Below are positions 27,615 through 40,990 of a stretch of DNA of 64,000 nucleotides, piece by piece (the first letter of the stretch is position 1; the number at the start of each line of letters is the position of its first letter). The position numbers were made by a program, and so were the translations under genes. The stretch is from the NCBI RefSeq assembly GCF_000737315.1, contig NZ_JMCB01000012.1, positions 124,001 to 188,000 of the forward strand, in the 5' to 3' direction. The notes beneath the pieces are model-generated. The model was not told the origin of the DNA and did not search any database. It saw nothing but the letters and a program-made list of their open reading frames with translations. Source of the DNA: Hyalangium minutum. GTDB lineage: Bacteria > Myxococcota > Myxococcia > Myxococcales > Myxococcaceae.

Positions 27615-29396
27615 ATGTCGGTTTTCCAGCAAGCCCTCGTCTTCCTGGCCGCGGCGGTCGTGGCGGTTCCCCTGTTCAAGCGGCTCGGGCTGGGCTCCGT
27701 CCTGGGCTACCTGGCTGCGGGGATGATCATCGGCCCGTGGGGCATTGGCGCGGTCTCGGACGTGGAGAGCATCCTCCACTTCTCCGAGTTCGGCGTGGTC
27801 TTCCTCCTCTTCCTCATCGGCCTGGAGCTGCAGCCCTCGCGCCTCTGGGAGCTGCGCAAGTCCGTGTTCGGCCTGGGCAGCCTCCAAGTGGTGGGCTCCG
27901 GGCTCCTGCTGGCCGCGGCGGGCCTGCTCCTCGGGCTGAAGGGCACCACCGCCCTCATCACCGGCATGGGCCTGTCCCTGTCCTCCACCGCCTTCGCCCT
28001 CCAGCTGCTCGCGGAGAAGAACGAGCTGCCCACCGAATATGGACGGGCCTCGTTCGGCATCCTCCTGTTCCAGGACCTGGCCGTCATCCCGCTGCTGGCC
28101 CTGCTGCCCCTGCTGGGGACTTCGGACTCGCCGTCCACCGAGCCAACCTGGGTCTCCGCCCTCAAGGCGGCGGGTGTCCTCGTGGGCGTCGTCCTGGCGG
28201 GCCGCTACGTGCTGCGTCCCGTGTTCAAGGTGCTGGCCTCGTTCCACAGCCAGGAGCTCTTCACCGCCACGGCGCTGCTGCTCGTCATGGGCACCGCGGC
28301 GCTGGTGAGCGCGGTGGGACTCTCCATGGCCCTGGGGGCGTTCCTCGCGGGCGTGCTCCTGGCGGACTCGGAGTTCCGCCACGAGCTGGAGGCCGACATC
28401 GAGCCCTTCAAGGGCCTGCTGCTGGGCCTGTTCTTCATCGCCGTGGGCATGTCCGTGAACATCGGCCTGGTCACCACCAAGCCCCTGCTCGTATTGGCCC
28501 TGGTGCTCGGGCTGGTGGCGATCAAAGCGGTGGCGCTGTTCGCCATCGGCCGCTGGGCCTTCAAGAACAACGAGCCGGCCCTCAGCATGGCCATCGTCAT
28601 CTCTCAAGGTGGCGAGTTCGCCTTCGTCCTCTTCCGGCTCGCCGTGGGCTACCATGTCATGGAGAACGCGCTGGCGGACCTGATGGTCGTCGTGGTCAGC
28701 CTCTCCATGGTCACCACCCCGCTGCTCTTCACCGCCTACGCCCGGTGGGTGCGCCCCCGCTTCAAGAAGAAGGTGCAGCGCGAGTTCGACGTGGCCCCCG
28801 AGGAGGACAACCCCGTCATCATCGCGGGCATGGGCCGCGTGGGGCAGGTGGTGGCCCGCATGTTGCGCGCAAAGCGCATCGGCTTCACGGCCCTGGACGT
28901 GAGCTCCGAGCACATCGACTTCATCAAGCGCTTCGGCAACAAGGTCTACTACGGGGACGCCTCGCGGCTGGACCTGCTGCGCGCCGCGCGGGCTGAGAAG
29001 GCGAAGATCTTCGTGTTGGCCATCGATGACATCGCGGCCTCCATCCGGACGGCGGAGACCGTGCGACAGCACTTCCCCCACCTCACCATCTTCGCTCGGG
29101 CCCGCAACCGCCAGCACGTGTACTCCCTGCTGAACATGGGCATCCAGCACGTGATGCGCGAGACGTGGGTCTCCAGCCTGGAGATGACGGAAGAGATTCT
29201 CGAGGAGCTGGGGTACACCTACTCGGAGGCTCGGAAGACGGTGGAGCGGTTCCGCCAGCACGACGAGCAGTTGCTCATGTCCACCTACCCCTTCCACAAG
29301 GACGAGAAGAAGCTCGCGGAGATGGCCGCCCAGGCCCGCAAGGAGCTGGAGAGCCTCTTCGAACACGACGCCGCCGAGCAGAAGAAAGTGAGCTGA
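27615..29396 (+). CDS. kefC: KefB/KefC-type K+ efflux antiporter with KTN domain
   Basis: RHELEADIEPFKGLLLGLFF, SQGGEFAFV, GMGRVGQ, YYGDASRLDLL; GAGGAG RBS before ATG 27615. Confidence 0.88.
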   Translation: MSVFQQALVFLAAAVVAVPLFKRLGLGSVLGYLAAGMIIGPWGIGAVSDVESILHFSEFGVVFLLFLIGLELQPSRLWELRKSVFGLGSLQVVGSGLLLAAAGLLLGLKGTTALITGMGLSLSSTAFALQLLAEKNELPTEYGRASFGILLFQDLAVIPLLALLPLLGTSDSPSTEPTWVSALKAAGVLVGVVLAGRYVLRPVFKVLASFHSQELFTATALLLVMGTAALVSAVGLSMALGAFLAGVLLADSEFRHELEADIEPFKGLLLGLFFIAVGMSVNIGLVTTKPLLVLALVLGLVAIKAVALFAIGRWAFKNNEPALSMAIVISQGGEFAFVLFRLAVGYHVMENALADLMVVVVSLSMVTTPLLFTAYARWVRPRFKKKVQREFDVAPEEDNPVIIAGMGRVGQVVARMLRAKRIGFTALDVSSEHIDFIKRFGNKVYYGDASRLDLLRAARAEKAKIFVLAIDDIAASIRTAETVRQHFPHLTIFARARNRQHVYSLLNMGIQHVMRETWVSSLEMTEEILEELGYTYSEARKTVERFRQHDEQLLMSTYPFHKDEKKLAEMAAQARKELESLFEHDAAEQKKVS

Positions 29397-29408
29397 GCCA
29401 CGCGTCCC

Positions 29409-30819
<1,411 letters not shown>

Positions 30820-30833
<14 letters not shown>

Positions 30834-32610
30834 ACTGCTGAGCCATCTCGCTGACTTCCGTGGACACGGCCTCCAGCGTGCCAGTGGCCTGCTGCGTGGA
30901 CTCGAGCCGCTTGAGCGTGGAGTCCATGATCTGCGACAGGTCCGCGATGGCGCTGAAGATCTGCGAGATACCGGCGTTCTGCTGATTCACGGCCGCGACG
31001 ATCTGCCGCATCGCCGCCGAGTTCTCCTGCGACAGGCGGGACAGCTCGCGCAGGCTGTTACTGGAGGCCTTCATCTTCTCCAGACCGCCCTGGATGTCGC
31101 GCGAGCCCTGCTCCACCATGGTGGCCGCGGCCCGGATGGCGCCAATCACTTCACCGAGAATCGTGCGGATGCGCGTGGTGCTCTTGACGGACTGGTCCGC
31201 CAGGGCGCGAATCTCGCGGGCCAGCACGGCGAAGCCCTTGCCGTTGTCTCCGGCGCGGGCGGCCTCGATGGCGGCGTTGACGGCCAGCAGGTTGGACTGG
31301 TCCGCCATGTCCTTCACGGCCTCGGTGATTTCACCGATCTGCGTGGCGCTCTCGGCCAGGCGGTTGAGCTTCACCTGCATGGCGTCCACGAAGCCCTGAA
31401 TGGCGCCCAAGCCCTGCATGGACTGCTCGATGGCGGCCTCGCCCTCGTGGCCCAGTTCCTCGGCGCGCTTGGCGACGCGGAGCATGGACTCGGCGCGCTC
31501 GGACGTCATCTGCGAGGTGTGCTTGATCTCCTGAGAGGTGACCTGCGTCTCCTGGATGGCCGCGGCCTGCTGGTTGAGGCTCTGCTGCTGCTCGTTGTTG
31601 GCCTCGCTCAGCTCCTTGCCCGCCGCCACCAGCCGCGAGGCCGACGACGCCAGCGTCTCCGGAATCTGCCGCAGCTTGCCCAGCACCGAGTTCAGCGCGA
31701 ACGCCAGGTCTCCCAGCTCATCGGTGGAGACCCACTCGGGCGAGGAGATGCGGCCCACCGCCAGACCCTCGATGGCCTTGCCCACCGCGCCCGCGCCCTG
31801 CGCCTGCCGGCGCGCCAGCATCCACGCGGTGATGGTGGGGAGAATCAGCGCCAGCACCGCCACCCAGGGCAGCACCCACGCCAGATCCGCGAACATGTTG
31901 CCACTCAGGTCCTGCAGCCGCTCCGCGGACTTCGTGGCGCCCTCGGCCACCAGGTCCGCTCGCAGCGCGTCGCGCAGGGCCAGCAGCTTCACCACCACCA
32001 CGCAGATGCACAGCGTCAGCGTGGCGACGATGGAGGCAATGAAGGTGAAGGGCAGGAACCACGTCTGGCGCGGCCAGAACGGCCCGGTGCCCTGGACCAC
32101 GAGCGCCTGGTGCGCCTTGCGCTCCTCCATGGCCTGGGACAGCCCCAGCTTCTCCAGGCTGATGCCGAACGGGAAGGACACCACCACGCCGAAGCAGAAG
32201 GCGATCAGCGTGCCCAGCAGGATGCGCAGCGGCCCCCGGTCGAACATGAGCCCCGCGATCAGTGAGAAGCCGAGGCCACTCACCGTCCACGCGGTGTAGG
32301 AGACGATGGCGCTGGCCCGCCACGGCAGCTGCAGGATGCGGCGCAGGCGATCTCCCGCCGCGTCTTCAGCCCGGTGCCGCAGCGCCTTGGACCCCAGCGA
32401 GCTCAGCGCCAGGAAGGGGAACGCGAGGCACGTCACCGCCGCGAGCGGCAGCATGACGAGCAGCACCGTCGGGAGCGCCCTGTCACTCGGCACCCCCAGT
32501 TCCATGGCGATCAGGTATGCGCAGATGAGGATGGGCGCCAGGACCCACATCAGGAACAGCAGGCTTCCACGCCTGGCGAAGTCTCGGATCAGTTGATCGT
32601 CGTTGGTCAT
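30820..32610 (-). CDS. Methyl-accepting chemotaxis protein with multi-TM input domain
   Basis: NLLAVNAAIEAARAGDNGKGFAVLAREIRALA hairpin tip, HAMP (DELGDLA), about 6 hydrophobic N-terminal helices. Confidence 0.92.
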
Positions 32611-32713
32611 GGGTGACGGGCGCATTCAAGCCAAGAAAGTCTCTGCTGTGAACTGCCCCTCCAAAATAAAATACCGGAAAATCCTTGAATTCTGGTCATC
32701 CTGCGAATGGGAC

Positions 32714-33289
32714 TCACTGGGTGTGGGAGGCGGCGGCGCGCGCCTTCTCCAAGAGTCGGCGCAGCGGAGCTTCGTCCGCCCGTTCGATCGCCTGGGTCCA
32801 CGGAAGCCATTGGATGCCAAAAGATTCGTTCGGATCATGCGCCAGTGCCTCGGGATTGTCTGCAATGACGAGGTAGCGGACATCCAGATGGAGGTGCTCG
32901 GGCTCCTCCTTGCGAGCGGGGATGCGGTGGATGTCCACATCCAGCGGGCGGGGAGCGGAGGGGTGGAGCCGCACCTGGCAGCCCGTCTCCTCCTGGGCCT
33001 CGCGCAGGGCCGTGGTCGCCATGTGGCCGCCGTCAGCCTCGTCCGCGTGCCCTCCTGGCTGCAGCCAGCGCTTCAGCTTGGCGTGGTGCACCAGGGCGAC
33101 GCGCTCGCCCGCGGGGTCTACCACCACGGCGCTGCCGGTGAAGTGCGCGTGGGCCTGCGAGCGGGAGAAGGGGCTGCCCAACTCGACGGCAAAGGTGCGC
33201 ATGCGCTCCAGGTCCTCGCGCTCCTTGGCGTCCGCCGGGACATGGCGCGAGAGCAGTTCCACCAATGGGGCGTCCTTCGGCAGGGGCAT
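32714..33289 (-). CDS. NUDIX hydrolase
   Basis: HFTGSAVV, WLQPGGHADE...ALREAQEETG Nudix box, HLDVRY. Confidence 0.9.
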   Translation of the reverse strand: MPLPKDAPLVELLSRHVPADAKEREDLERMRTFAVELGSPFSRSQAHAHFTGSAVVVDPAGERVALVHHAKLKRWLQPGGHADEADGGHMATTALREAQEETGCQVRLHPSAPRPLDVDIHRIPARKEEPEHLHLDVRYLVIADNPEALAHDPNESFGIQWLPWTQAIERADEAPLRRLLEKARAAASHTQ

Positions 33290-33379
33290 AAGGAGGGATA
33301 AAGCGCAGTTGGGCGCGGGGCGCCAGTTCGATCTCATGCGGTAGTGACACCCGCCCCCCACCTGAGGGAGAAGGCAGCC

Positions 33380-34792
<1,413 letters not shown>

Positions 34793-34948
34793 GGCAAAGG
34801 GTTGATCCCTCGAAAATCCATGGTTACGACGGTCCTCCCATGACTTTCCACCACCCCACCCCGCCCGAGACTCCCACCTCCGGGCTCCGAACCCCCTGGA
34901 AACGCTCGGGTTCTGTCCTCAACGGAGCGTGCCAGGAGCCCGCGGGGC

Positions 34949-34964
34949 TGGCATCCTCCTTGCT
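34949..34964 (+). promoter_or_regulatory. Sigma54 -24/-12 promoter
   Basis: TGGCAT-CCTCC-TTGCT with exact GG-N10-GC spacing. Confidence 0.75.
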
Positions 34965-34980
34965 GTAAACTCGGTCTGAG

Positions 34981-36039
34981 ATGAAGCGCGCCCTGTCCGC
35001 CCTGCTGCTGTGCCTCCTGCTCGGAACGCCCTCGTGGGCGCTCACCGGGCTGGAGAGCGTGCGGGCCAAGGCCCAGGCGGCGCGGACCGAGGTGCGCACG
35101 CTGCGCGAGCGCCAGCAGTCCCTGCGAGGGGAGCTGAACGGGCTGGCCGAGCGCATCTCCACGCTGAAGGCCGAGCGCCAGGGCAAGCTCACCTCGAGCG
35201 CGGAGCTGGATCAGTCGCTGAAGCGCTCGCAGGAGCTGAGCGGCACGCTGACGGGGCTGGCGCAGAGCGTGGCGAGCGCGGAGGGTGAGTCCGAGCGCGC
35301 CCACCTGGCGCTGCACGCGGCACTGTCCGACGAGCTGGCGCGGGTGAAGGCGGCGTGGGACACGACGGAGGATCGGCAGGAGCGCGCCCGGCTGGTGGCG
35401 CGGATGCGCGAGCTGCGCACCGAGCGGGATGCGGTGCGCGCGGCGCTGCCGGCCTCGCAGGTGCCGGAGTTGGGCCGTGCGGACGCCAGCGATGACCCCG
35501 AGGATCTCCTGGAGCAGGCGGACGCGCTGCGGGACTCCGAGGACAAGGTGAAGCAGCGGCTGAAGGCGCTGAAGGCCCGCATCACCGAGGTGCGCGAGGA
35601 GCGCGACCTGGAGCGGCGGATGAGCGACTTCCTCGGTGAGGAGGCCATGTTCGACGAGCAGGATCGCCGCCTGCGCCTGCGGATGAACGCGAACCAGGCC
35701 GTCGAGGTGGAGAAGACGCCCGTCTCCCGGGGCGGCAGCCCTGGCTTTGTGAATGACGAGGCCAACCCCTCGCCCGGCCCGGTCATCAATGGGCCTCCTG
35801 AGACTCCTTCCCTGCCAGGAAGCGGGGGGACTCCGCAGGTGGATGGCCAGGTGGCCAGCCCGATCCGCGCCAGCGATCACCGGCCGCAGGTGGACTCGAT
35901 CCGCGCCCAGCAGCTGGCCGCAGGGGACTTCGACGACCTGGCCACGCTGGAGGCCGAGGCGAAGAAGCTGGAGTCCCTGGCCCGCGAGCTGGACTCCCGC
36001 GCCAGCTCGCTCGAGCACCGGGTGCGTGAGCTGAAGTAG
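34981..36039 (+). CDS. sasN: Secreted coiled-coil protein; probable SasN ortholog
   Basis: Signal-peptide-like MKRALSALLLCLLLGTPSWA, long heptad coiled coils, Pro/Gly-rich segment; position directly after the sasR-like gene. Name from recalled synteny and description. Confidence 0.55.
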   Translation: MKRALSALLLCLLLGTPSWALTGLESVRAKAQAARTEVRTLRERQQSLRGELNGLAERISTLKAERQGKLTSSAELDQSLKRSQELSGTLTGLAQSVASAEGESERAHLALHAALSDELARVKAAWDTTEDRQERARLVARMRELRTERDAVRAALPASQVPELGRADASDDPEDLLEQADALRDSEDKVKQRLKALKARITEVREERDLERRMSDFLGEEAMFDEQDRRLRLRMNANQAVEVEKTPVSRGGSPGFVNDEANPSPGPVINGPPETPSLPGSGGTPQVDGQVASPIRASDHRPQVDSIRAQQLAAGDFDDLATLEAEAKKLESLARELDSRASSLEHRVRELK

Positions 36040-36060
36040 CCCGAGCCCCCTGGGCTCCGC

Positions 36061-36603
36061 TCAGAACAGGCTCACCTTCACGTCCAGCATGACGGAGGCC
36101 CTGAGGCGGACCTCCTGCTCGGGCATGCGGCCCTTGCCGCGGACGATGATGCTCATGGAGGGCGCGGCGATGAACGGCTGCAGCTCCGCGCTCTCCACCT
36201 CCATCTTGAGGAGGGGATTCGGGGCGCTCAGCCCCAGCCGGGAGATGTCCTGCTTGTGGGCGAAGCGCTGCTCCTGGTCGCCCGCCTTGGCGTAGAACTC
36301 GAGCGTGTCCAGGAAGCCGAAATCCGCTTCGCTGGGGCTCTGCAGGAGCAGCTCCACGGAGTGGACGCGGACGGAGTTCACCTCGTCCTTGGTAATGCCC
36401 TGGTTCTTGAAGTCCTGGTTCTGGTTGAAGTCGAGCCCGGCGAAGCTGCTGATGGCCGGGAAGGCGTTGAGCACCGTGATGACGCCGGGGGGACCGGCGG
36501 GCACGGTCGTCTCGCCCTTGAGCTCCGTGGGGAAGGAGGTGGGGGCGCAAGCCACCAGCGCCAGGCAGGCCGCCCAGGGGGGGATGAGCGATGCGAAATG
36601 CAT
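36061..36603 (-). CDS. Hypothetical lipoprotein (beta-rich)
   Basis: CLALVAC lipobox; GGAG-like RBS upstream. Confidence 0.7.
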   Translation of the reverse strand: MHFASLIPPWAACLALVACAPTSFPTELKGETTVPAGPPGVITVLNAFPAISSFAGLDFNQNQDFKNQGITKDEVNSVRVHSVELLLQSPSEADFGFLDTLEFYAKAGDQEQRFAHKQDISRLGLSAPNPLLKMEVESAELQPFIAAPSMSIIVRGKGRMPEQEVRLRASVMLDVKVSLF

Positions 36604-36676
36604 GGGAGGGACTGTAATGGGGGCCCGCCGCCCCGTCACCGGGCGGACATGAGGGACGGCCTCTCGTGAACAAGGC

Positions 36677-37759
36677 ATGCAGGCAAAGCCCACGGTATGG
36701 TGCCCGGGAGTGTCCCGGCTCCTTTCCACGCTCCTGCTCACCGCCCTCGCGCTCCCCGGTGGCGCCTTTGCGGCCGACGTGGAGGGCTCCTTGCGGGCCA
36801 CGGGCCGGTGGCTGGTGGACTCGAACGCGCCGCGAGACTTCCAGGACGAGCAGGGGCAGACGCCCGAGACGGACGTGGGCCTGAGCCTGCTGGCCTCGGG
36901 CGAGGGCCGCGTCACCGGCGAGCGGCTCCAGCTGGTGGGCCGCTACGAGCTGGGGGGCCGAAAGTACCTGAAGTACACGACCGAGGACGTGCTCATTCAG
37001 GCCGCAGCGGTGGAGGCCTCTTCGGCGCTGGGCACTCAGCTGGGCCTGGGGGTGGAGGGGCGGGCCAAGGACCGGCGGGGCGGGACGCGGGACTACTCGG
37101 ACCTGGGCGTGGACGCCTTCCTCGAGTACGTACCGGACGTGCGGCTGGCACTCCGGGTGCGGGTGGGAGCGCACCGCTTCGTGTACCGCCCGGATTCCCG
37201 GGCGAACTTCGGCAACCCCGAGTGGAGCTTCCTGGGGCGCTACCGCTTCAACCGGCGCCACTCGCTCAGTGTGTTCGGGGAGTACGGCGCGCGGCGCTAC
37301 GGCGTGGAGGCCCGGCCGCCGCCGGAGCGGGAGGGACCCTCGCGCGGCCGGCGGGAGGACGGAGCGCTGTCGGCGGGGGCGAGCTACTCGTACCGGGGCC
37401 CCCTGGCGCTGGGTCTCACGTACACGTACCAGGTGATCAGCTCCAACAGCTTCGGCGAGACGGTGTCGCGGCACCGGATCAGCGGGAGCGCGGGGCTGCG
37501 GCTGCCGTGGAGCCTGACGCTGCTCGCGCAGGGAGCACTGGGGGTGAGCCGCTACCCGGACGGCATCTACCTGTCGCCGGAGATCATCCTCGTGGAGGAG
37601 GACGAGGGGCAGAACTCGCTCTCGCTCAAGCTGGCACGGCCGGTGAGTGAGCACCTGGACGCCGAGCTGAGCTACGGCCTCTACGGCACGAGCCTGCCGC
37701 GCAATGATCTGTCCTATTCGCGGCAGGTGCTGGGGGTGGGCCTGACGTGGAGGCTGTGA
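36677..37759 (+). CDS. Putative outer-membrane beta-barrel protein
   Basis: Signal peptide (LLLTALALPGGAFA), alternating Tyr/Gly-rich beta-strand pattern throughout, C-terminal GVGLTWRL. Start may be GTG 36710. Confidence 0.7.
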   Translation: MQAKPTVWCPGVSRLLSTLLLTALALPGGAFAADVEGSLRATGRWLVDSNAPRDFQDEQGQTPETDVGLSLLASGEGRVTGERLQLVGRYELGGRKYLKYTTEDVLIQAAAVEASSALGTQLGLGVEGRAKDRRGGTRDYSDLGVDAFLEYVPDVRLALRVRVGAHRFVYRPDSRANFGNPEWSFLGRYRFNRRHSLSVFGEYGARRYGVEARPPPEREGPSRGRREDGALSAGASYSYRGPLALGLTYTYQVISSNSFGETVSRHRISGSAGLRLPWSLTLLAQGALGVSRYPDGIYLSPEIILVEEDEGQNSLSLKLARPVSEHLDAELSYGLYGTSLPRNDLSYSRQVLGVGLTWRL

Positions 37760-37897
37760 GGCTGTAGGCATGAGGAGGCCCGGCGCCTCCCCCAACCTTC
37801 CCTCACGTACACCCCCCTCGGGGAAATCCGGAGGCGGGATGTGCAAGCATGATGAGCCCCCCGCTGCAGCCCGGGACTTCATCCGGAGGAGACGCCC

Positions 37898-39076
37898 TTG
37901 GACTGGTCCGCCTATGCCCACGAGCAGGGCCTCGGACGAGAGGTTGGAGAGAACCTGGTGCGCGCGAAGGAGTTCTCGCGCAGTCCGCACCTGACGACGG
38001 GAGATCTCCTGCGCGCCCTGCTGAGGGACGGTAGCCACGCGGGGGCGGCGTGCGCGGCGCTGGAGCTGACGCCCGAGCGAGTGGAGCCAGCGCTGGAGGA
38101 TCTGGCGGTGACGCCGGAGCCACTGGTGCTGCAGGGGCCCACGGAGCTGTCGGGGCCACTGGCCTCGGTGATTCTCCACGTGCAGGACGAGGGAAACCTG
38201 CTGGGAGTGCAGAGCTCGGGCTCGCTGCTGCTGGCGCTGCGGCCGGACCGGCTGGACGTGAACCCGGGGCCGCATGATCCGCTGGACTCGCCGGGGCACG
38301 GGGAGCTGGCGCTGGAGATGCTGGGGGTGGAGCGGCTGCGGCTGCGGGCGGCGGTGCTCGAGGCGATTGCCAAGAGCCACCCGGACACGCGGGACTGGGA
38401 CACGCGGGCCGAGGGCTTCCTGCGCCTGAGCCGCTTCCACATGGCGTACCCCTACCCGGGGGAGACGGAGCCGCCCAACGCGGGGAGCGAGGCCGCGGAG
38501 GAGGCTGCGCGGCTGCCGGCGATCGCGGCGCACTACCTGCACGCCACGTCTGCGGACCTGCAGTGGCTGGGGAAGGCGCTCTACGACGAGCGGAAGAAGT
38601 GGTTCGTGGCGCGGCTGGTACGGCTGACAGAGCTGGTGCCACCCGAGCTGCTGGAGCCGTTGATCTGCGCGGCCATCTACGAGCAGGACCCGAGCCGCAA
38701 CCGGCACTTCGTGGAGGCGGCGGTGCGGGGTGTGGGCCTGGCGCCGGTGCACGAGCGGCTGCTCTGGTACATGCGGAAGGGCGAGGACTCGGAGAAGGCG
38801 GGGGCGATGCGAGCGCTGTACTGGTGTCCGCCGCCGGACGCGGACTCGGTGAAGGAGACGACGCGCGGGCTGCTGGATGCGTTCCAGCGCGAGACGGACT
38901 TGGACGTGCGGCGCACGGCGCTCGGGAGGCTGGCGCTGATCGACTGGCGGGCCATGGACACGGAGCTGCGGGTCCGGCTGGCCGAGGTGCTCCAGGTGGC
39001 GGAGGCCCACCCGGACGTCTACATCCGCCACCGGGCGGACGCGCTCCGGATGGACCTGCGCGGCGTGCTCTCGTAG
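37898..39076 (+). CDS. Hypothetical protein: Clp N-terminal-like repeats plus helical/HEAT-like C-domain
   Basis: HLTTGDLLRALLRDGSHAGAACAALELT and GELALEMLGV..LRAAV resemble Clp_N; GGAGGAG RBS before TTG start. Confidence 0.6.
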   Translation: MDWSAYAHEQGLGREVGENLVRAKEFSRSPHLTTGDLLRALLRDGSHAGAACAALELTPERVEPALEDLAVTPEPLVLQGPTELSGPLASVILHVQDEGNLLGVQSSGSLLLALRPDRLDVNPGPHDPLDSPGHGELALEMLGVERLRLRAAVLEAIAKSHPDTRDWDTRAEGFLRLSRFHMAYPYPGETEPPNAGSEAAEEAARLPAIAAHYLHATSADLQWLGKALYDERKKWFVARLVRLTELVPPELLEPLICAAIYEQDPSRNRHFVEAAVRGVGLAPVHERLLWYMRKGEDSEKAGAMRALYWCPPPDADSVKETTRGLLDAFQRETDLDVRRTALGRLALIDWRAMDTELRVRLAEVLQVAEAHPDVYIRHRADALRMDLRGVLS

Positions 39077-39097
39077 CTGCGCCTCACCTGGGCGGGA

Positions 39098-40354
39098 TTA
39101 GGGCGCCGGAACGTCCCAGGCGACTTCGAGGCTCTCGTGCCTGCGGACCGTGACGCTCCTCAGGAAGCCCGGCTTCTGCCCCGGCACGAGCCGGAGGCCC
39201 GGGAGACTCCGGAGCAGGGACTCGAGTGCCAGGCGTGCCTCGAGCCGCGCGAGTGGCGCGCCGATGCAGAAATGGAGCCCTTGGCCGAAGGCGAGGTGCT
39301 TCTTGATGTCAGGCCGCCGGACATCGAAGCGGTCTGGCTCGTGAAACCGGGCCTCGTCGCGGTTGGCCGAAGCGTAGACGATCCGGATGTGGGCTCCCTT
39401 CGGGATCGGGACGCCGCCGATCTCCACGTCTTCCAGCGCGGTGCGAAACATGGCGTGCACGGGAGAAACCATCCGCACGGCCTCCTCGACTGCGCCCGCG
39501 ATAAGGCTCGGATCGTCCCGGAGGGCCTGCAGCTGGTCCGGATGGGTGAGCAACAACTCCACCGCGCCCACGATGAGGCCCGCGGTCGTCTCGTGCCCCG
39601 CGAAGTGCACCTGCATCAGCAGGCTCACAAGCTCCGCCATGCTCATGGGCGGCGCCATCCCCTGCCCTCCGGTGACGATGTCGGTGAACAGGTCCTCCCG
39701 GGGAGCCGTCTTTCGCTCCTCGAGCGCCGAGGCGAGGTAGCGCTGGAAGTCGACCACGCCCCGAGCGCACGCGACCTGGTGCTCGACGGAACCGTGCGCC
39801 GCCAGGACGGTGGACAGATCATCGGACCAGCGCCGGAACCGGTGGATGTCCGTGCGCGGGATGCCGAGGATCTCCGCGATGATGCCGGACGACAGCGGAT
39901 GGGCGAACCGCAGGAACAGATCCGTCCGCCCCTCATTCTTGAACGAGTGGATGAGTTCGTCGATGAGGGAGCGGATGAAAGGCTCGCTCTCCGTGAGGCG
40001 CCGCCCGGTGAAGGCCTTGCTGACGAGGCCTCGGAAGCGTGTATGCGCGGGCGGATCGTTGTCGACGAGGCTGGGCACCAGGGGGTAGCCGCCCATCAGC
40101 ACGGAGAGCACCTCGGGCGGCATCGTCGCGGAGCCCACGGTGATGGACTCGGCGGACGAGAAGCGTGCGGCATCGGCGACCACGGCGCTGATGTCCGCAT
40201 GGCGCGTCACCACCCACGACCCGAGCGCTGGGCTGAAGAACACCGGCTCCTCGCGCCGTGCGCGCGCCAGGAACGGGTGAGGCTGCTCGAGCTGAGGAGA
40301 GGCGAGCGGGTGATACTCGGGCCCAAGTCCTGGGGATGCATGGGTTTTGGACAT
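39098..40354 (-). CDS. Cytochrome P450 (#2)
   Basis: FAGHETT, EEAVR, FGQGLHFCIG. Confidence 0.95.
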   Translation of the reverse strand: MSKTHASPGLGPEYHPLASPQLEQPHPFLARARREEPVFFSPALGSWVVTRHADISAVVADAARFSSAESITVGSATMPPEVLSVLMGGYPLVPSLVDNDPPAHTRFRGLVSKAFTGRRLTESEPFIRSLIDELIHSFKNEGRTDLFLRFAHPLSSGIIAEILGIPRTDIHRFRRWSDDLSTVLAAHGSVEHQVACARGVVDFQRYLASALEERKTAPREDLFTDIVTGGQGMAPPMSMAELVSLLMQVHFAGHETTAGLIVGAVELLLTHPDQLQALRDDPSLIAGAVEEAVRMVSPVHAMFRTALEDVEIGGVPIPKGAHIRIVYASANRDEARFHEPDRFDVRRPDIKKHLAFGQGLHFCIGAPLARLEARLALESLLRSLPGLRLVPGQKPGFLRSVTVRRHESLEVAWDVPAP

Positions 40355-40426
40355 ATCTGCGCTCACCTTACACAGCCCTGCCACCGGAGGAAGTAGCCTG
40401 GGCGTCCCTTACGAACCGAGGCTTTC

Positions 40427-40990
40427 ATGCGCCACATCGTGCCCCTCTTCTGCGTTGCTGCTCTTCTTTCCATCATGGGTTGCACGGACAATGACCCGGA
40501 CACTCGGCCCGATGCCGGTCCCACGGTACCGGATGCGGGACCGGACGGTGGCTCCACCGCCGACGGAGGAGTCGATGCCTCGCGGGAGTACTGTCAGGCC
40601 CTCTGCACCCACCGGACGGCTTGTGACCCACAGAACTCGTCCGACTTCTGCAACGCCTCGGCCTGTACGGCCCGCGCGGGCCTGTACCTCGATGCGGCTC
40701 GGTCCTCGCTGCGTACTTGTCTGACAGCGAGCTGCAGCGTGAGCGAGGACGACTGCTTCACTCAGGTGGCGGATGCGATGCCCACCCGGGCCGCGGATGA
40801 GACCTTCCGTACGCACTGCGCCTCTCGTCAGGCGGCCTGCGCGGGCGATCTCCCAAGCTCGCTGTGCGCCTCCACGAACGGCACGGAGCTCCTGGTCGAG
40901 ACAGCAGTCCAGAGGAGCGATGCCTGCCTGGCGGGAGCCTGCGCCCAAATCCTGGACTGCGTTATCGAGGCCTGGGGCGGCCCCAAATAG
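40427..40990 (+). CDS. Cys-rich lipoprotein with PDAG linker
   Basis: LSIMGC lipobox, PDAGP/DGG linker, many paired Cys. Confidence 0.75.
   Translation: MRHIVPLFCVAALLSIMGCTDNDPDTRPDAGPTVPDAGPDGGSTADGGVDASREYCQALCTHRTACDPQNSSDFCNASACTARAGLYLDAARSSLRTCLTASCSVSEDDCFTQVADAMPTRAADETFRTHCASRQAACAGDLPSSLCASTNGTELLVETAVQRSDACLAGACAQILDCVIEAWGGPK

Noticed and set aside
25335-29396. 1353-aa ORF from the ORF track
   Set aside because: The N-part is antisense to cvrA; the real kefC begins at ATG 27615 with its own RBS. It is not a fusion.
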